A DNA stretch of 64,000 nucleotides, taken from NCBI GenBank assembly GCA_025453555.1, contig JALOQC010000017.1, positions 3,868 through 67,867 on the forward strand, in the 5' to 3' direction. This document shows, one piece after another, positions 16,134 to 26,605 of the stretch (positions within the stretch are counted from its first letter, which is position 1; each line of letters opens with the position of its first letter). Source of the DNA: Myxococcota bacterium. GTDB lineage: Bacteria; Myxococcota_A; Polyangia; Polyangiales; Houyiibacteriaceae. The position numbers and the translations under genes are program-made. The notes below the pieces were generated by a model, which was not told the origin of the DNA, did no database searches, and worked only from the letters and a program-made list of their open reading frames with translations.

Positions 16134-17243
16134 TCACTCCGCCAAGCGCAGCGTCTGCTCCACGATCGTCCACACCGCGCCCGCGTCGGTCGTCACGTCG
16201 TCCGCGTCGCCGTCGAAGCGGAGGCAGAAGCTCGTGCGGAGCACGTCGCGGATCTGATCGTCGGTGCCGCCGCCGAAGCGCGGGTGCGCGAGGTACACGC
16301 ACGCCTCGTCGGTCGCGCGCACGGAGAGCCCGCTCGCGATCTCCGGCGAGCGCCGCACCGCGTCCGCCACCGCGACCACGCGCTCGATCACCTTCGCGGC
16401 GAGGCTCGGGTGACGTCGACGGAGGATCTTCACCTCCTCCGCCGGCGGCGGGTACGTCATGCGCAGCGGCGCGAAACGATCGAGCTGCGCGGCGTCGAGG
16501 CCGAAGGTCGCGCTGAACTGACGCCCGCGGTTGATCGCGGCCACGAACTGCACGTGATCGGGGATCGCGAGGAACCGATTCTCGATCGGGTGGAACACGC
16601 GCCGGGTGCTGTCGAGGGCGGGCATGAGCGCGTTGCGCGCGGGCTCGGGGCAGCGGTTGAGCTCGTCGAGGAACACGAGCACGCGCCGGCTCGGATCGCT
16701 CGACGCACGCTCGATCGCCTCGAGGATCTCGGTCTTCACGAAGTCCGTCACCGGCGTGCCGGACTCGGACGCGCGCACCTGGATGGTCGCGAAGAAGTCG
16801 CTCGCCTCGACCACCGCGCCGCAGTTGAAGAACACGAACTCCATGCCGAGCTGCGCGGCGACCGCGCGCGCGAGGGTCGTCTTCCCGCAACCCTGCGGAC
16901 CGTCGAGCAGGATGTTGAGCCCTCCGTCGAGGAGCACCTCGAGCTTTCGCGCCACGCTTGGATCGAGCCACACGCCCTCCACCCGGAACGACGCCGCGCG
17001 ATCCCAGACCACCTCGACGTGGCCGTGGGTCTCGCTCTCGGGCTTGCCGACGTGAACCACGCGCACGACGCACGGCACGCCCTCCTGGATGCGCGCGTCG
17101 TCGCTGAGCACGACCTTCGGCGCGCGCCGCCCGTCGAGCTGCGTGGTGCGCCAGCGAAAGCGCGATCCGGGCGCGTCGTTGGCGAAGAAGATCGCTTCGA
17201 AGGTGCGGCCGGGGGCGAGGTCGTCGAGGGTCAGGCGGGTCAT
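16134..17243 (-). CDS. AAA_5 (MoxR/CbbQ/NorQ-like) ATPase with a ~110-aa N-terminal extra domain
   Basis: Walker A LLDGPQGCGKTTLA and Walker B RVLVFLDELNRCPEPARNALMPALD. The overall layout matches CbbQ/NorQ-type AAA+ partners of vWA proteins. Confidence 0.8.
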   Translation of the reverse strand: MTRLTLDDLAPGRTFEAIFFANDAPGSRFRWRTTQLDGRRAPKVVLSDDARIQEGVPCVVRVVHVGKPESETHGHVEVVWDRAASFRVEGVWLDPSVARKLEVLLDGGLNILLDGPQGCGKTTLARAVAAQLGMEFVFFNCGAVVEASDFFATIQVRASESGTPVTDFVKTEILEAIERASSDPSRRVLVFLDELNRCPEPARNALMPALDSTRRVFHPIENRFLAIPDHVQFVAAINRGRQFSATFGLDAAQLDRFAPLRMTYPPPAEEVKILRRRHPSLAAKVIERVVAVADAVRRSPEIASGLSVRATDEACVYLAHPRFGGGTDDQIRDVLRTSFCLRFDGDADDVTTDAGAVWTIVEQTLRLAE

Positions 17244-17373
17244 CGTGTCGCTCGCGTTCGTCGAGAGAGGGCGAGAGTTCGAGAGGATCGAAAGATCGAA
17301 GAAGCGAAAGAAAGATCGAGGGTGTCGCGAGAAGGGAGAAAGAGATGTCGAAAGAGTCGAGACGTTCGAGCGA

Positions 17374-20300
17374 TCAAGACGGCCCGATCGTCCGCTGAAC
17401 GAGCCGCGCGACGATCGCGCCGAAGCGTCGCACGGCCTCGTCGGTCGGGAGATCGCGGACCTCGACGTAGTCGTCGAAGCAACGCTCTTCGAGCGGACGC
17501 ACCGCGATCTGCGCGCACGCCATGCCCTCGCGGCCGAGGCGCCGCACCAGCTTGCGCAGCGCTTCCACCGAGCACTCGGTCGGGAGCCCGTCGCTGATCA
17601 TCACGAGCAGCTTCGCGCGACGGCCCGAGCGCCGCGCGACCTCCGCCACGTGCGCGAGCGCCGCCGCGTCGTTGTTGCCTCCACCGGGGTGGAGCGACGC
17701 CGCCGTGGAGCGCTCCGCGTCGCCCGCGTCGTAGAGCTGCCGATCCGTGAAGCCGAACACCCGCAGATCCACGCCCCGCAGACCGCGCGCGCTCTCCGCG
17801 AGCAACACCGCGAAGCGACGCGCGAGCTCGATGCTGGTCCCGGTCATCGAGCCCGAGCAGTCGACCGCGACGCCGAGGAAGAGATCCGCGCGCGGCAGCA
17901 GCACCCGCGTCTGCATCACGTGCGGATCGCCGCGCAACACGAGGCCACGAAGCCGTGCGCGATCGAGCCGCGTGCCCGCGAGCCGCGCGCCCACCGTGAC
18001 CCGCGCGAGCCCGAGCCGCTCGAGCTCGTCGCGCAGCCGCCGCGCCGGCCGCGCCACCTCGCGCGCGAGCTCGCGTTGCCGATCGGGGCTCGGTGGTAGC
18101 CGAATCACCTCGCGAATCGGCGTGAAGCCGTCCTCCGGGCCGACGTTGATCTGCAGCGCGCCGCCCGCGCGACCGCTGCCACCGGCGGTCTTCGACGGGG
18201 GCGCCAAGATGCGCTCGACCTCCCGCTGCACCTCCTCGTCGGAGATGTCCTCGCGGTCTTCGAGCGATCGCGGGTCGTCGCCGGGGATCTCCTCCGGCGT
18301 GCCGAGGCAGCGCAGCAGCGCGGCCTCGTCGCCGAAGATCTCCGCCAGCTTCTTCGTGAGCTCGTAGAGCGTCGTGGTGTCGAGGTCCTTGAAGTGGCGG
18401 TCGAAGAGCGCGAGCGCCTCACGCACCCGCGGATCCGCGTCGCGATCGCCGAGCCCCATGCGCAGCGCCCGCACGAAGCGCGCGAACGAGCGCCCCTCCT
18501 CGCACGCCGCGCGGAGGATGGCGCCGCTCTCGATGCGCACCTGATCGGGCTCGAACGCCACCAGCAGCCGACCTGCGAGCACCCGCGCGACGTCCGGCCC
18601 GAGCGCGTACACCAACGTCGCGATCGGGAGCTCGCGCCCCGAATGTTGGAACGCGTACGACGCGAGGCGCTTGAGCCGATCGCCGTCGCGGGCTTCGCGC
18701 GCGCGCAGCCGGCGCTCGAGGTGCTCGTCGAGCACGAGGTTGTAGAGGTGTTGGAGGTGCTCGCGCCCCGCCTTCGCCCAGAGCTCGATCGACGCCGCGT
18801 CCGCGTGCCACGCCTGGTGCCCGAGCTCGTGCATCACGAGCCCCTCGACGACGTCGCGCCCGTGCGCCGCGCCGTCGAAGACCGGCCATCCACCGACGAA
18901 GATCGTCGAGCTCCCGAGCCGCGTGTGTCCGAGCTGATTTCGTCCCGTCGTGAGCCGCACCCGCACCACGCGCCCCGTGAGCTCGCGGCCGCGCCGCACG
19001 CCCCACGCGAAGATCTCCGCGAGCGTGCGCAGCTTGTGATTTCGCGTGCTGGATCGTGCGTCGGCGAGGGTGTCCGCCGCGCGCGCGCGTACCTCTGCAT
19101 CGCGTGCTTGGATCAAGAGCGCCGCGAGCTCCCGGAGCTCCGGACGTGGCCCGTCGCGTCGTGCGATCCGCGCCGCCGTCGCCTCGTGAGCCCCGAGCCC
19201 GAGGGCGCCGATCACCGTTGCCCGCGGATCGGCCTCCGTGCCCGCGCGCACGTCGGCCGCGGTCAGCGCGGCTTCCACGAGCAGCGGCGCGCCGATCGGA
19301 TCGCCTCGACGCGAGAGCGTGAACGCGGCCTCGAGCCGGAGCGGCGCCATGCGCTCCGTGCCTTCCTCGAGGAAACGTACGAGCGCGTGGTGCGCCTCCT
19401 CGTCGGTGATGGAGGCCGCGCCGTCGAGGCAGGCCCGCACCGCGAGCTCGTACGCCGCGGGGTGCGGCGAGCTCACGAGCGCGAGCGCGATGTCGTGCAG
19501 ACCGACCCTCGCGATCAGCCGATCGACGTCCACCGCCTCGAGGCAGCTCGATCCTTCGAGCGGCGCGTTCGCGGCGGCGAGGGCGAGTGCGGGCTCCGCG
19601 AGCTCGAGCGCGAGATGAAAGCGCGCCGCCGCCGGCCAGCGAGGCAGCCGCGCGAGCAGCGTCGACCGCGTCACGTGCGAGAAGAGCGAGCCGAAGCGCG
19701 CGACCGCGATCGCGCCCTCGCCGCCCGCGTCGAGCAGACCGAGCAGCGCGTCCTCGCCGGGCGCGCCGAGCTCGAAGAGCCGCTGCACGGCCTCTTCCGC
19801 GAAGGGTGGCGCGCCTGCCGCGACGAGCGACGCCAAATGCGCGACGTCGCGCGAGCCGCGGAGCTCGCGCAAGGTCTCGCTCGCGTCGACGAAGGTGTGC
19901 TTCGAGCTCGCGCGCGAAGGCAATCCGTCGAGCTTCGCGAACGACGAGAGCACCGCCCGCGTCGCGTCGTCGAGGCTGGGCAAGAGCGCCATCACCGCCG
20001 CGTGGCGCGTCCGCATGAGGGTGTCCGCCACGCCCGCTTCGAAGAGCGCGACGAACATGCGCGCCGCGTGCACGCCCAGCTCCGAACGAAAGGTCTCCAC
20101 GAGCCGGTCGAGCAGCGCGTCGCTCGCGAGCCGCGCGAGCCGCTCCTTGCCGTGCCAACGCAGCAATCCGAACGCCCGCGCGCACGCGCACCACACCTCG
20201 CGCCGCGCGAGCACGGATCGGCTCTCTCGCCAGGTCGCGAGCGCCCGCGGGAGCGACGAGCGCGGATCGTCGATCGGGGGCTCGTCTGCCCCCTCGTCCG

Positions 20301-22311
20301 CCTTCTCGTCCAACGCCGCCGCCGGACGCGCGCGTTCGCGCTCGAGGGCATCGAGCGTCGCGTACGCGTGGTGCTCCCAACGGTGCAGCATCGCGTGCCC
20401 GAGCAGCGGCAGATCGCGGCGCATCAGAAAGCGCGTCGCGCATTCCGTGATCACGAGCTCACGAAAGCTCGCGCTCGCGTCCTCGAAGCGCACGAGCTCC
20501 CGCACCACTTCGGGCCGCGGATCGTGCGACGCGAGCAGCGCCGCGCACGCGCTCACGTTCGGTTCGGCCGCGTGCTTGCGCAGCGCGTCGGTCAACCCGG
20601 TGGTGGGCCCACGGATCGTCCGCAGCGCATCCGCCGAGCTCGACGCGTTCGCGATCGCCTCGCGCGTGGCCTCCGAGAGCGCACCCACCGTCGCGGGCGG
20701 GGGCGGCGCCGGCTTCGGCAGCCGCGGCGTCGCCCAGGCCCGGCGCGCGTCGTCTGGATGATCGCGCCACCGCTCCGCGATCGCGCGCTCGACCACGAAC
20801 GGGAAGGTCGTCGCCTCCGCGAGCCGCTCCGCGAGCCGCGTGTCCGGCGCGGCGTCGACGACCTCCACCACACGCTCCTCGAAGCGGCGCCCGAGCGCGC
20901 CGAGCAGGCGATCCGTGAAGGGCCCGAGGGGCCCGTCGCCCTCGGTCGCGACCACGAGCAGCCGCTCGAGCTGCTCTTCGCGCACGCGCTCCACCACCCG
21001 CTCTGCCAGCCGCGTCGCGCGCTTGGCCTTGAGCACGAAGTCCGCCGCGAGCGCCACGAGCCGCACGAAGACGTCGACGTGATCCTCGCGCGCGACCTCG
21101 GCGTCGAGGGCCTCGCGCAGCTTCGGATCCATCACGCTCGCGCCGATCAACGCCACCGCGCGTCCGTCGCGCGCCACGTCCGGCCGATGCTGCGCGAGCG
21201 TGTCGAGGAACCAGCCGCGATCGCGCGCGCCGCCGCCGAGCCGCTCGTAGAGTCGCGCCGCACCGCGGGGATCGCGAACGAGCGCGTCCGCCAACGCGTC
21301 GAAGCCGAACGCGTCGACCAGCACGCCGTAGATCGAGTCCGAGTGCAGCTCCGCGACCGCGACCGCGGCGGAGAGATCGAGCTGTCCCGCGCTCGGGCCT
21401 TCGTGGTGCCGCACCACCGGGCCCGCGAGCAGCGTCTGCGCGAGCTCCTTGCGGAAGCGTGCCGCCGGCGCGAGCGCTTCGCGGGGACGCACCTGCGCGA
21501 GCAACTGACGACGCTGGACCAGCGGCCGCGACTCGTCGGCGAAGAAGCGCGCGTCGAGGATCGCGAGCAGGCGCGCGACGTCGTCGCGGGGGCGCCGCGC
21601 GAGCTCACCCTCCAGGATCGCGATCGCGTCGTCGAGCGCCGGCGCAGGTCCCACCGCGAACGTGCGGAGCTGTCCGAGCATCGTCACGCGTGCGTCGTCG
21701 CTCGCCTCCGCGAAGAGCTCGAAGACCCAGTCCCAGAACGTGCGCGGCTCGCGCAGCGGCGGGTACGCACGCGCTTCGACGAGCGGCCGAATCCCGTCGA
21801 AGAGCCGCAGCCGCGCCTCCTCGATCGGAAGCACCCCCCGCGTGACGTAGGTGTGCACGAACGAGAGCGATGGCGCGCGCAGACCGAGCGGCACCGCGTC
21901 CACACACGTCGGATCGGCGCGCAGCGTGAACGCCACGAAGCCGAGGTGTGGTGGCACGTCGTCGAGCGCGGCCCGTCGCACGTCCGCGCGCGCGTGGAGC
22001 AACGCGTGCACGAGACGCATCACGCCCGGGGTGTGACGAAGCGCCTTCGCCGCCGCGCGCCGCACGTCGACGTGCGGATCGTCGAGGCGCGCCACGATCG
22101 CCTCTTCGATCGTGTGACCGCGCATGCCGGTGAGCGCGCGCACCGCCGCCGCCCGCCACGTCGGATCGGGATCGTCGAGCAGCGGCGCGAGCACGGCCAC
22201 GAACCCGACGCGCCGCGCCGGAGGCAGCGCCGCGAGCGCCGCGAGCTCGTCGAGATCGTTCGGCTCGCGACGACCCTCGCGCAGGCTTCGGTGGAGGACG
22301 ACGTCCCGCAT
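17374..22311 (-). CDS. Giant (about 1645 aa) HEAT-repeat / HExxH metallopeptidase-like / C-terminal vWA (MIDAS) protein
   Basis: vWA: DLFLGVAVDCSGSMTG...KLLVMISDGLPTE (about 17377-17890). HExxH: VMHELGHQAWH (HELGH at 18817-18831). N-terminal HEAT-like repeats: DDPDPTWRAAAVRALTG...LDDPHVDVRRAAAKALRHT. The start was taken at MRDVVLH (22311). The ORF extension to 22734 is Arg/Gly repeat translation of the (CACGAC)n tract. Confidence 0.8.
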   Translation of the reverse strand: MRDVVLHRSLREGRREPNDLDELAALAALPPARRVGFVAVLAPLLDDPDPTWRAAAVRALTGMRGHTIEEAIVARLDDPHVDVRRAAAKALRHTPGVMRLVHALLHARADVRRAALDDVPPHLGFVAFTLRADPTCVDAVPLGLRAPSLSFVHTYVTRGVLPIEEARLRLFDGIRPLVEARAYPPLREPRTFWDWVFELFAEASDDARVTMLGQLRTFAVGPAPALDDAIAILEGELARRPRDDVARLLAILDARFFADESRPLVQRRQLLAQVRPREALAPAARFRKELAQTLLAGPVVRHHEGPSAGQLDLSAAVAVAELHSDSIYGVLVDAFGFDALADALVRDPRGAARLYERLGGGARDRGWFLDTLAQHRPDVARDGRAVALIGASVMDPKLREALDAEVAREDHVDVFVRLVALAADFVLKAKRATRLAERVVERVREEQLERLLVVATEGDGPLGPFTDRLLGALGRRFEERVVEVVDAAPDTRLAERLAEATTFPFVVERAIAERWRDHPDDARRAWATPRLPKPAPPPPATVGALSEATREAIANASSSADALRTIRGPTTGLTDALRKHAAEPNVSACAALLASHDPRPEVVRELVRFEDASASFRELVITECATRFLMRRDLPLLGHAMLHRWEHHAYATLDALERERARPAAALDEKADEGADEPPIDDPRSSLPRALATWRESRSVLARREVWCACARAFGLLRWHGKERLARLASDALLDRLVETFRSELGVHAARMFVALFEAGVADTLMRTRHAAVMALLPSLDDATRAVLSSFAKLDGLPSRASSKHTFVDASETLRELRGSRDVAHLASLVAAGAPPFAEEAVQRLFELGAPGEDALLGLLDAGGEGAIAVARFGSLFSHVTRSTLLARLPRWPAAARFHLALELAEPALALAAANAPLEGSSCLEAVDVDRLIARVGLHDIALALVSSPHPAAYELAVRACLDGAASITDEEAHHALVRFLEEGTERMAPLRLEAAFTLSRRGDPIGAPLLVEAALTAADVRAGTEADPRATVIGALGLGAHEATAARIARRDGPRPELRELAALLIQARDAEVRARAADTLADARSSTRNHKLRTLAEIFAWGVRRGRELTGRVVRVRLTTGRNQLGHTRLGSSTIFVGGWPVFDGAAHGRDVVEGLVMHELGHQAWHADAASIELWAKAGREHLQHLYNLVLDEHLERRLRAREARDGDRLKRLASYAFQHSGRELPIATLVYALGPDVARVLAGRLLVAFEPDQVRIESGAILRAACEEGRSFARFVRALRMGLGDRDADPRVREALALFDRHFKDLDTTTLYELTKKLAEIFGDEAALLRCLGTPEEIPGDDPRSLEDREDISDEEVQREVERILAPPSKTAGGSGRAGGALQINVGPEDGFTPIREVIRLPPSPDRQRELAREVARPARRLRDELERLGLARVTVGARLAGTRLDRARLRGLVLRGDPHVMQTRVLLPRADLFLGVAVDCSGSMTGTSIELARRFAVLLAESARGLRGVDLRVFGFTDRQLYDAGDAERSTAASLHPGGGNNDAAALAHVAEVARRSGRRAKLLVMISDGLPTECSVEALRKLVRRLGREGMACAQIAVRPLEERCFDDYVEVRDLPTDEAVRRFGAIVARLVQRTIGPS

Positions 22312-22418
22312 GGCGCACGCCGAGGTTCGAGGGAGCGGAGGGAGAAGGAAACCGAAAAGAGCGGTGTCGACCGCCGCATTGCATCCGTGAGGCGACCGTC
22401 CCGGGAGCGAACGTCGGC

Positions 22419-22544
<126 letters not shown>

Positions 22545-23175
22545 CCGCAGCGCGAGCGTGGGTCGACCGCCGCTCGTGAGCCATCGAGCACGCCCGTCGC
22601 TCGCGAGCCCGGAGGCTCGCCGCGAACGACGGGCGATCGTACGGAAGCGGGACGAGACGAGCTCGTCGTGTGCTCACGAGCGCGCGCCGATCGTTCGAAT
22701 CCAACGTGTGGATCCGACGATCGAACGTGCTCACGCGCCGAAACCGACGCGTGCCCCGCTGGACGCTCCCGCCGCGAAGGCGGTCCGAAGACCTCCCTCA
22801 CAGCAGGTGGACGAGGAGCATCCGGGTACCGCGCCAGGCTGCTCCCACCGGAGAAGCCCTCGTGACGACGCGGCGATGTGATGACCGTGATCCTCGCGGG
22901 CCACGACCGATGACGCTTCCGACGGATGGATCACGAGCGGAGGTCGACGCTCGCGGAACGTCCCGTCGCACATCGTCCCGTCGCACGTCGTGGCGCGGGG
23001 CGTTCAGCTCCGCGACCCTCGAAGGGCGCGGACGCGAGAGCAGGCTTGGCTCGAGACGCGGTCTCTCATTCGCTTCCTCCTTTCGAGGTGCGCGACGAGT
23101 AAGTCCGTCGATCCCAGCGTCAAGACGCGGTGCCGAGATCGTGGCTTCGGGAGAGGCGCATGCAGATCCGCCCCA

Positions 23176-23197
23176 GTCGGCGGGGTCAGCCGCCGAC
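23176..23197 (-). terminator. 22-nt hairpin downstream of pyk (candidate terminator or REP-like element)
   Basis: The plus strand reads GTCGGCGGGGTCAGCCGCCGAC (8-bp stem, 6-nt loop). In the pyk mRNA sense it reads GTCGGCGGCTGACCCCGCCGAC, identical to the hairpin at 59734-59755. No U-tract. Confidence 0.4.
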
Positions 23198-23216
23198 GGA
23201 TCGCTTCGTCGCCGTT

Positions 23217-23280
23217 CACGTCGCCGACCACGACCACGACCACGTCGACGATCACGATCGCGATCATGATCGCGATCACG
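23217..23280. repeat. Second (CACGAC)/(CACGAT)-type tract, in direct orientation to 22419-22544
   Basis: CACGTCGCCGACCACGACCACGACCACGTCGACGATCACGATCGCGATCATGATCGCGATCACG. It ends 10 nt from the pyk stop codon (23291-23293). Confidence 0.9.
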
Positions 23281-23290
23281 CGTCGCGTTC

Positions 23291-24706
23291 TCAGAGTCGG
23301 TGCAGCTTCACCGTGTTCGTGCGACCCGACACCGGCCAGCCGACGACCATCGCGAACGCGTCGCCCTTCTGCGCGAGGCCCTCGCGCGCCATCACCGAGC
23401 CCGCGATGCGCAGCGTCTCTTCGAGGTCCTCCGGCGGCACCTCCACGCGCGGCATCACGCCCCACTCGAGCGCGAGCCGCTGGGCCACCGCGGTGTTGCT
23501 CGTGATCGCGACGATCGGCGCGCGCGGGCGGTACTCGCTCACGAGACGCGCGGAGCGACCGTCCTGCGTGAAGGTCACGATCGCCTTGAGCGGCAAATGC
23601 GTCGAGAGCACCGCGGCCGCGCGTGCGGCGGCCTCCGGGAACTCCCAGTCCTCGTTCGGCACGACCTTCAGATCGCGGGTCTGGCGCGCGAGCTCTTCCA
23701 CCCAATCGCGCTCCACCTCGACCGCGATCGCGGCCATCATCTCCACCGACTCGACCGGATAGCGCCCCGCCGCGGTCTCTCCGCTGAGCATCACCGCGTC
23801 CGTGCCGTCCACCACCGCGTTCGCGACGTCCGCGGCCTCCGCGCGGGTCGGGCGCGGGTTTCGGATCATCGAGTCCAGCATTTGAGTCGCGGTGATCACG
23901 ATCTTTCCACGACGATTCATCTCGCGAATGATCCGCTTTTGAATCACCGGCACCTTCTCGCTGCCGACCTCCACGCCGAGATCGCCGCGCGCCACCATCG
24001 CGCCGTCCGCCTGATCGAGGATCGCCGCGAGGTTCTCCACCGCCTCCGGCTTCTCGATCTTCGCGATCACCGGCACGCCCTTGGCGAGCTGCTGCGCCTC
24101 GACGAGGTCCTCCGCGAAGCGGACGAACGAGAGCGCGAGGTAGTCGACCTTCAGCTCCTCCACCGCGAAGATCAGATCCTCGCGGTCCTTGTCGGTGAGC
24201 GCGGGCGTGCTGGTCGCAACGCCCGGCAGGTTCAGGCCCTTGCGATCCGAGAGCTCGCCGCCGACCTCGACCTCGGTCACCACCTCGACGTCGGTCTTGC
24301 TCACCACGCGCAGGCGCAGGAGCCCGTCGTCGAGCAGGATCTTGTCGCCCGGCTTCACGTCGTGCGGCAGCGGCTCGTAGCTCTGCGACACCCGATCGAC
24401 CGTGCCCAGCACGCTCTGATCGTTCGTGAGCACGAAGGTCGCGCCTTCCTTCAGCACGACCTTCTTCCCGTCCACGAAGCGACCGACGCGCATCTTGGGG
24501 CCGCACAAGTCCGCGAGGATCGCCAGCGGTCGCCGCGCCCGCACCGCCGCCGCGCGAACCTTCGCGGCCATCTCCGCGTGCTGCGCGTGCGCGCCGTGCG
24601 AGAAGTTCAGGCGCGCGCAGTCCATGCCGGCCGCGACGAGCTTGTCGAGCACGGCGGGGTCGGAGCTCGCGGGGCCGAGGGTGCAGACGATCTTGGTACG
24701 GCGCAT
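23291..24706 (-). CDS. pyk: Pyruvate kinase
   Basis: MRRTKIVCTLGPASSDPAVLDKLVAAGMDCARLNFSHG..., IAKIEKPEAV, MVARGDLGVE and ITATQMLDSM are canonical PK motifs. 471 aa. Confidence 0.95.
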   Translation of the reverse strand: MRRTKIVCTLGPASSDPAVLDKLVAAGMDCARLNFSHGAHAQHAEMAAKVRAAAVRARRPLAILADLCGPKMRVGRFVDGKKVVLKEGATFVLTNDQSVLGTVDRVSQSYEPLPHDVKPGDKILLDDGLLRLRVVSKTDVEVVTEVEVGGELSDRKGLNLPGVATSTPALTDKDREDLIFAVEELKVDYLALSFVRFAEDLVEAQQLAKGVPVIAKIEKPEAVENLAAILDQADGAMVARGDLGVEVGSEKVPVIQKRIIREMNRRGKIVITATQMLDSMIRNPRPTRAEAADVANAVVDGTDAVMLSGETAAGRYPVESVEMMAAIAVEVERDWVEELARQTRDLKVVPNEDWEFPEAAARAAAVLSTHLPLKAIVTFTQDGRSARLVSEYRPRAPIVAITSNTAVAQRLALEWGVMPRVEVPPEDLEETLRIAGSVMAREGLAQKGDAFAMVVGWPVSGRTNTVKLHRL

Positions 24707-24921
24707 GGCATGCCTCTATCAGAGCGGGCCCACGGACGGAACGGTGGGCCGTGAGTGACTCGCGACAGAGTTACGCGAAGTGAGGTCAGCCGTCGAGGGC
24801 GTGGTTCGAACGGGCCGTCGAGAGGTGGCTCGAGCGCGGGTCGGTCGATCCGCGGCCGGTGACGGCCCGAGCCGACAAATGGCGACTCGGGCCCGGCTGG
24901 GGTAGTAGCATCCGACCGCCC

Positions 24922-26268
24922 ATGGACGAGGGCATCCCCAAGCGCATCGGCCGCTACGAGATCGACCGACTCCTCGGATCGGGCGCGATGGGCTTCGTTT
25001 ATCTCGGGAAAGACCCCGAGCTCGACCGAGCCGTCGCCATCAAGACGGTCCGGGATCTCAACATCGATCCCGACGCGCTCGCGACCTTCCTCGAACGCTT
25101 CCGCAACGAAGCGCGCGCGGCGGCGCGGATGCATCACCCGAACATCGTTCAGGTTTACGACGTCGGCGAGGAGCCGGGCATCGGGCCCTACCTGGTCTTC
25201 GAGTACGTCGCCGGCTCGACGCTCAAGCAGATCCTGAAGAACCGCGGACCGCTCGCGCCGCCCGCCGTCATCCGGCTCGCGGAGGAGGTCGCCGACGCGC
25301 TGAGCGTCGCGCACGAGGCCGGGATCATCCACCGCGACATCAAGCCCGACAACCTGCTGGTCACGCCGGGTGGGCAGACGAAGCTGGCCGATTTCGGCGT
25401 GGCGCGCGTGCCGAACGCCGCGCTGACCCGCGAAGGGCAGTTCCTCGGGACTCCCTGTTACGCCGCGCCCGAGACCCTCGCGCGTGGTCAGTACGGGCCC
25501 ACGAGCGACCTCTTCTCGTTCGCGGCCGTGCTCTACGAAGCGGCGGGCGGCGTGCGCGCCTTCCCGGGGACCGACGCCCTCGAGGTCGCGAACAAGGTCA
25601 TCCACGACGAGCCCGTTCCGCTCCGCGAGGTCGCGCTCGAGCCGCAGCGCATCCCGAAGGCGGTCGAGGCCGTGATCATGCGCGGGCTCTCGAAGGACGT
25701 CGCGGCGCGCTACGGGAGCGCGGTCGAGCTCGCGGAGGCGCTCCACGACGCGTACCTCGACTCCGGCGTGGTCACCCCCGCGGACCTCTCGCGCCCACCC
25801 TCGCGCCGCATCTCGACCCAACACGCGGCCGCGCATCGCCCGAAGAGCTCGCTCGCGTTCTGGGCCGTGCTGATCGGTGGGCTCGCGGTGGGCGTCGCGT
25901 TCGTGTTCGCCTTCGACGAGCAGGGCGAGCTGCCGGCCGACCTCCCGGACGCAGGCGTCGATCGCCGCCTCGACGCTGGCCCGTCGCGCGAGCGGGATGC
26001 TGGGGCGGTGGCGGACGCGGGCGCGTTGCCGCTGGTGGTCGACACGGGCGTGATCGACACCGGCATCGACACGGGCGCGCCCGCGACCACTCCCGCGATG
26101 ACGCCGCACGAGCGCGAAGAGGCGGCGAAGGACGCGCTCGATCGGGCGCGCGATGCGATCGAGGACGGAGACGCCGACGCCGCGCGGGCCGCCCTGGAAG
26201 ACGCGCGCCGCTTCGATCCCGGCAACCCGGACATCGCCGAGCTCACGCGACGCCTCGACGCGCTCTGA
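24922..26268 (+). CDS. Ser/Thr protein kinase (Hanks type) with TM segment and C-terminal extension
   Basis: GSGAMGFVYLGKD...VAIK (subdomains I-II), HRDIKPDNLL, DFGVAR and GTPCYAAPE. A TM segment WAVLIGGLAVGVAFVFAF follows the kinase domain. Confidence 0.9.
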   Translation: MDEGIPKRIGRYEIDRLLGSGAMGFVYLGKDPELDRAVAIKTVRDLNIDPDALATFLERFRNEARAAARMHHPNIVQVYDVGEEPGIGPYLVFEYVAGSTLKQILKNRGPLAPPAVIRLAEEVADALSVAHEAGIIHRDIKPDNLLVTPGGQTKLADFGVARVPNAALTREGQFLGTPCYAAPETLARGQYGPTSDLFSFAAVLYEAAGGVRAFPGTDALEVANKVIHDEPVPLREVALEPQRIPKAVEAVIMRGLSKDVAARYGSAVELAEALHDAYLDSGVVTPADLSRPPSRRISTQHAAAHRPKSSLAFWAVLIGGLAVGVAFVFAFDEQGELPADLPDAGVDRRLDAGPSRERDAGAVADAGALPLVVDTGVIDTGIDTGAPATTPAMTPHEREEAAKDALDRARDAIEDGDADAARAALEDARRFDPGNPDIAELTRRLDAL

Positions 26269-26605
26269 TCGCGCGGAGCACCGACGCGCAGAATCTGCTC
26301 GCTCCGCAACCGCTGCACGCAGCGGAAGCATCGTGCGCGGGGACGTACAAACCGATCAGTTTGCGCCGGTGCGAGCGGCCCATCGGCATTCTCGGGACCA
26401 TTCGATCGATCGCGTCGCCCGTTCAACGTCGGCAATCGGCTCGCGACCGTTGCGCATCCTCGAGCGCATCGCGCGCACGAAGATGCGTGAGACGGAGCGC
26501 GTGTGCCGTTTTTGTTCATCGATTTCAAGTGTTTGCGAGGTGGCTCGCCTGAGCCCTCCGCGATGGCACGCGGGCTGCTCTACCACGTCTCGGAAGGTGG
26601 ACGTG

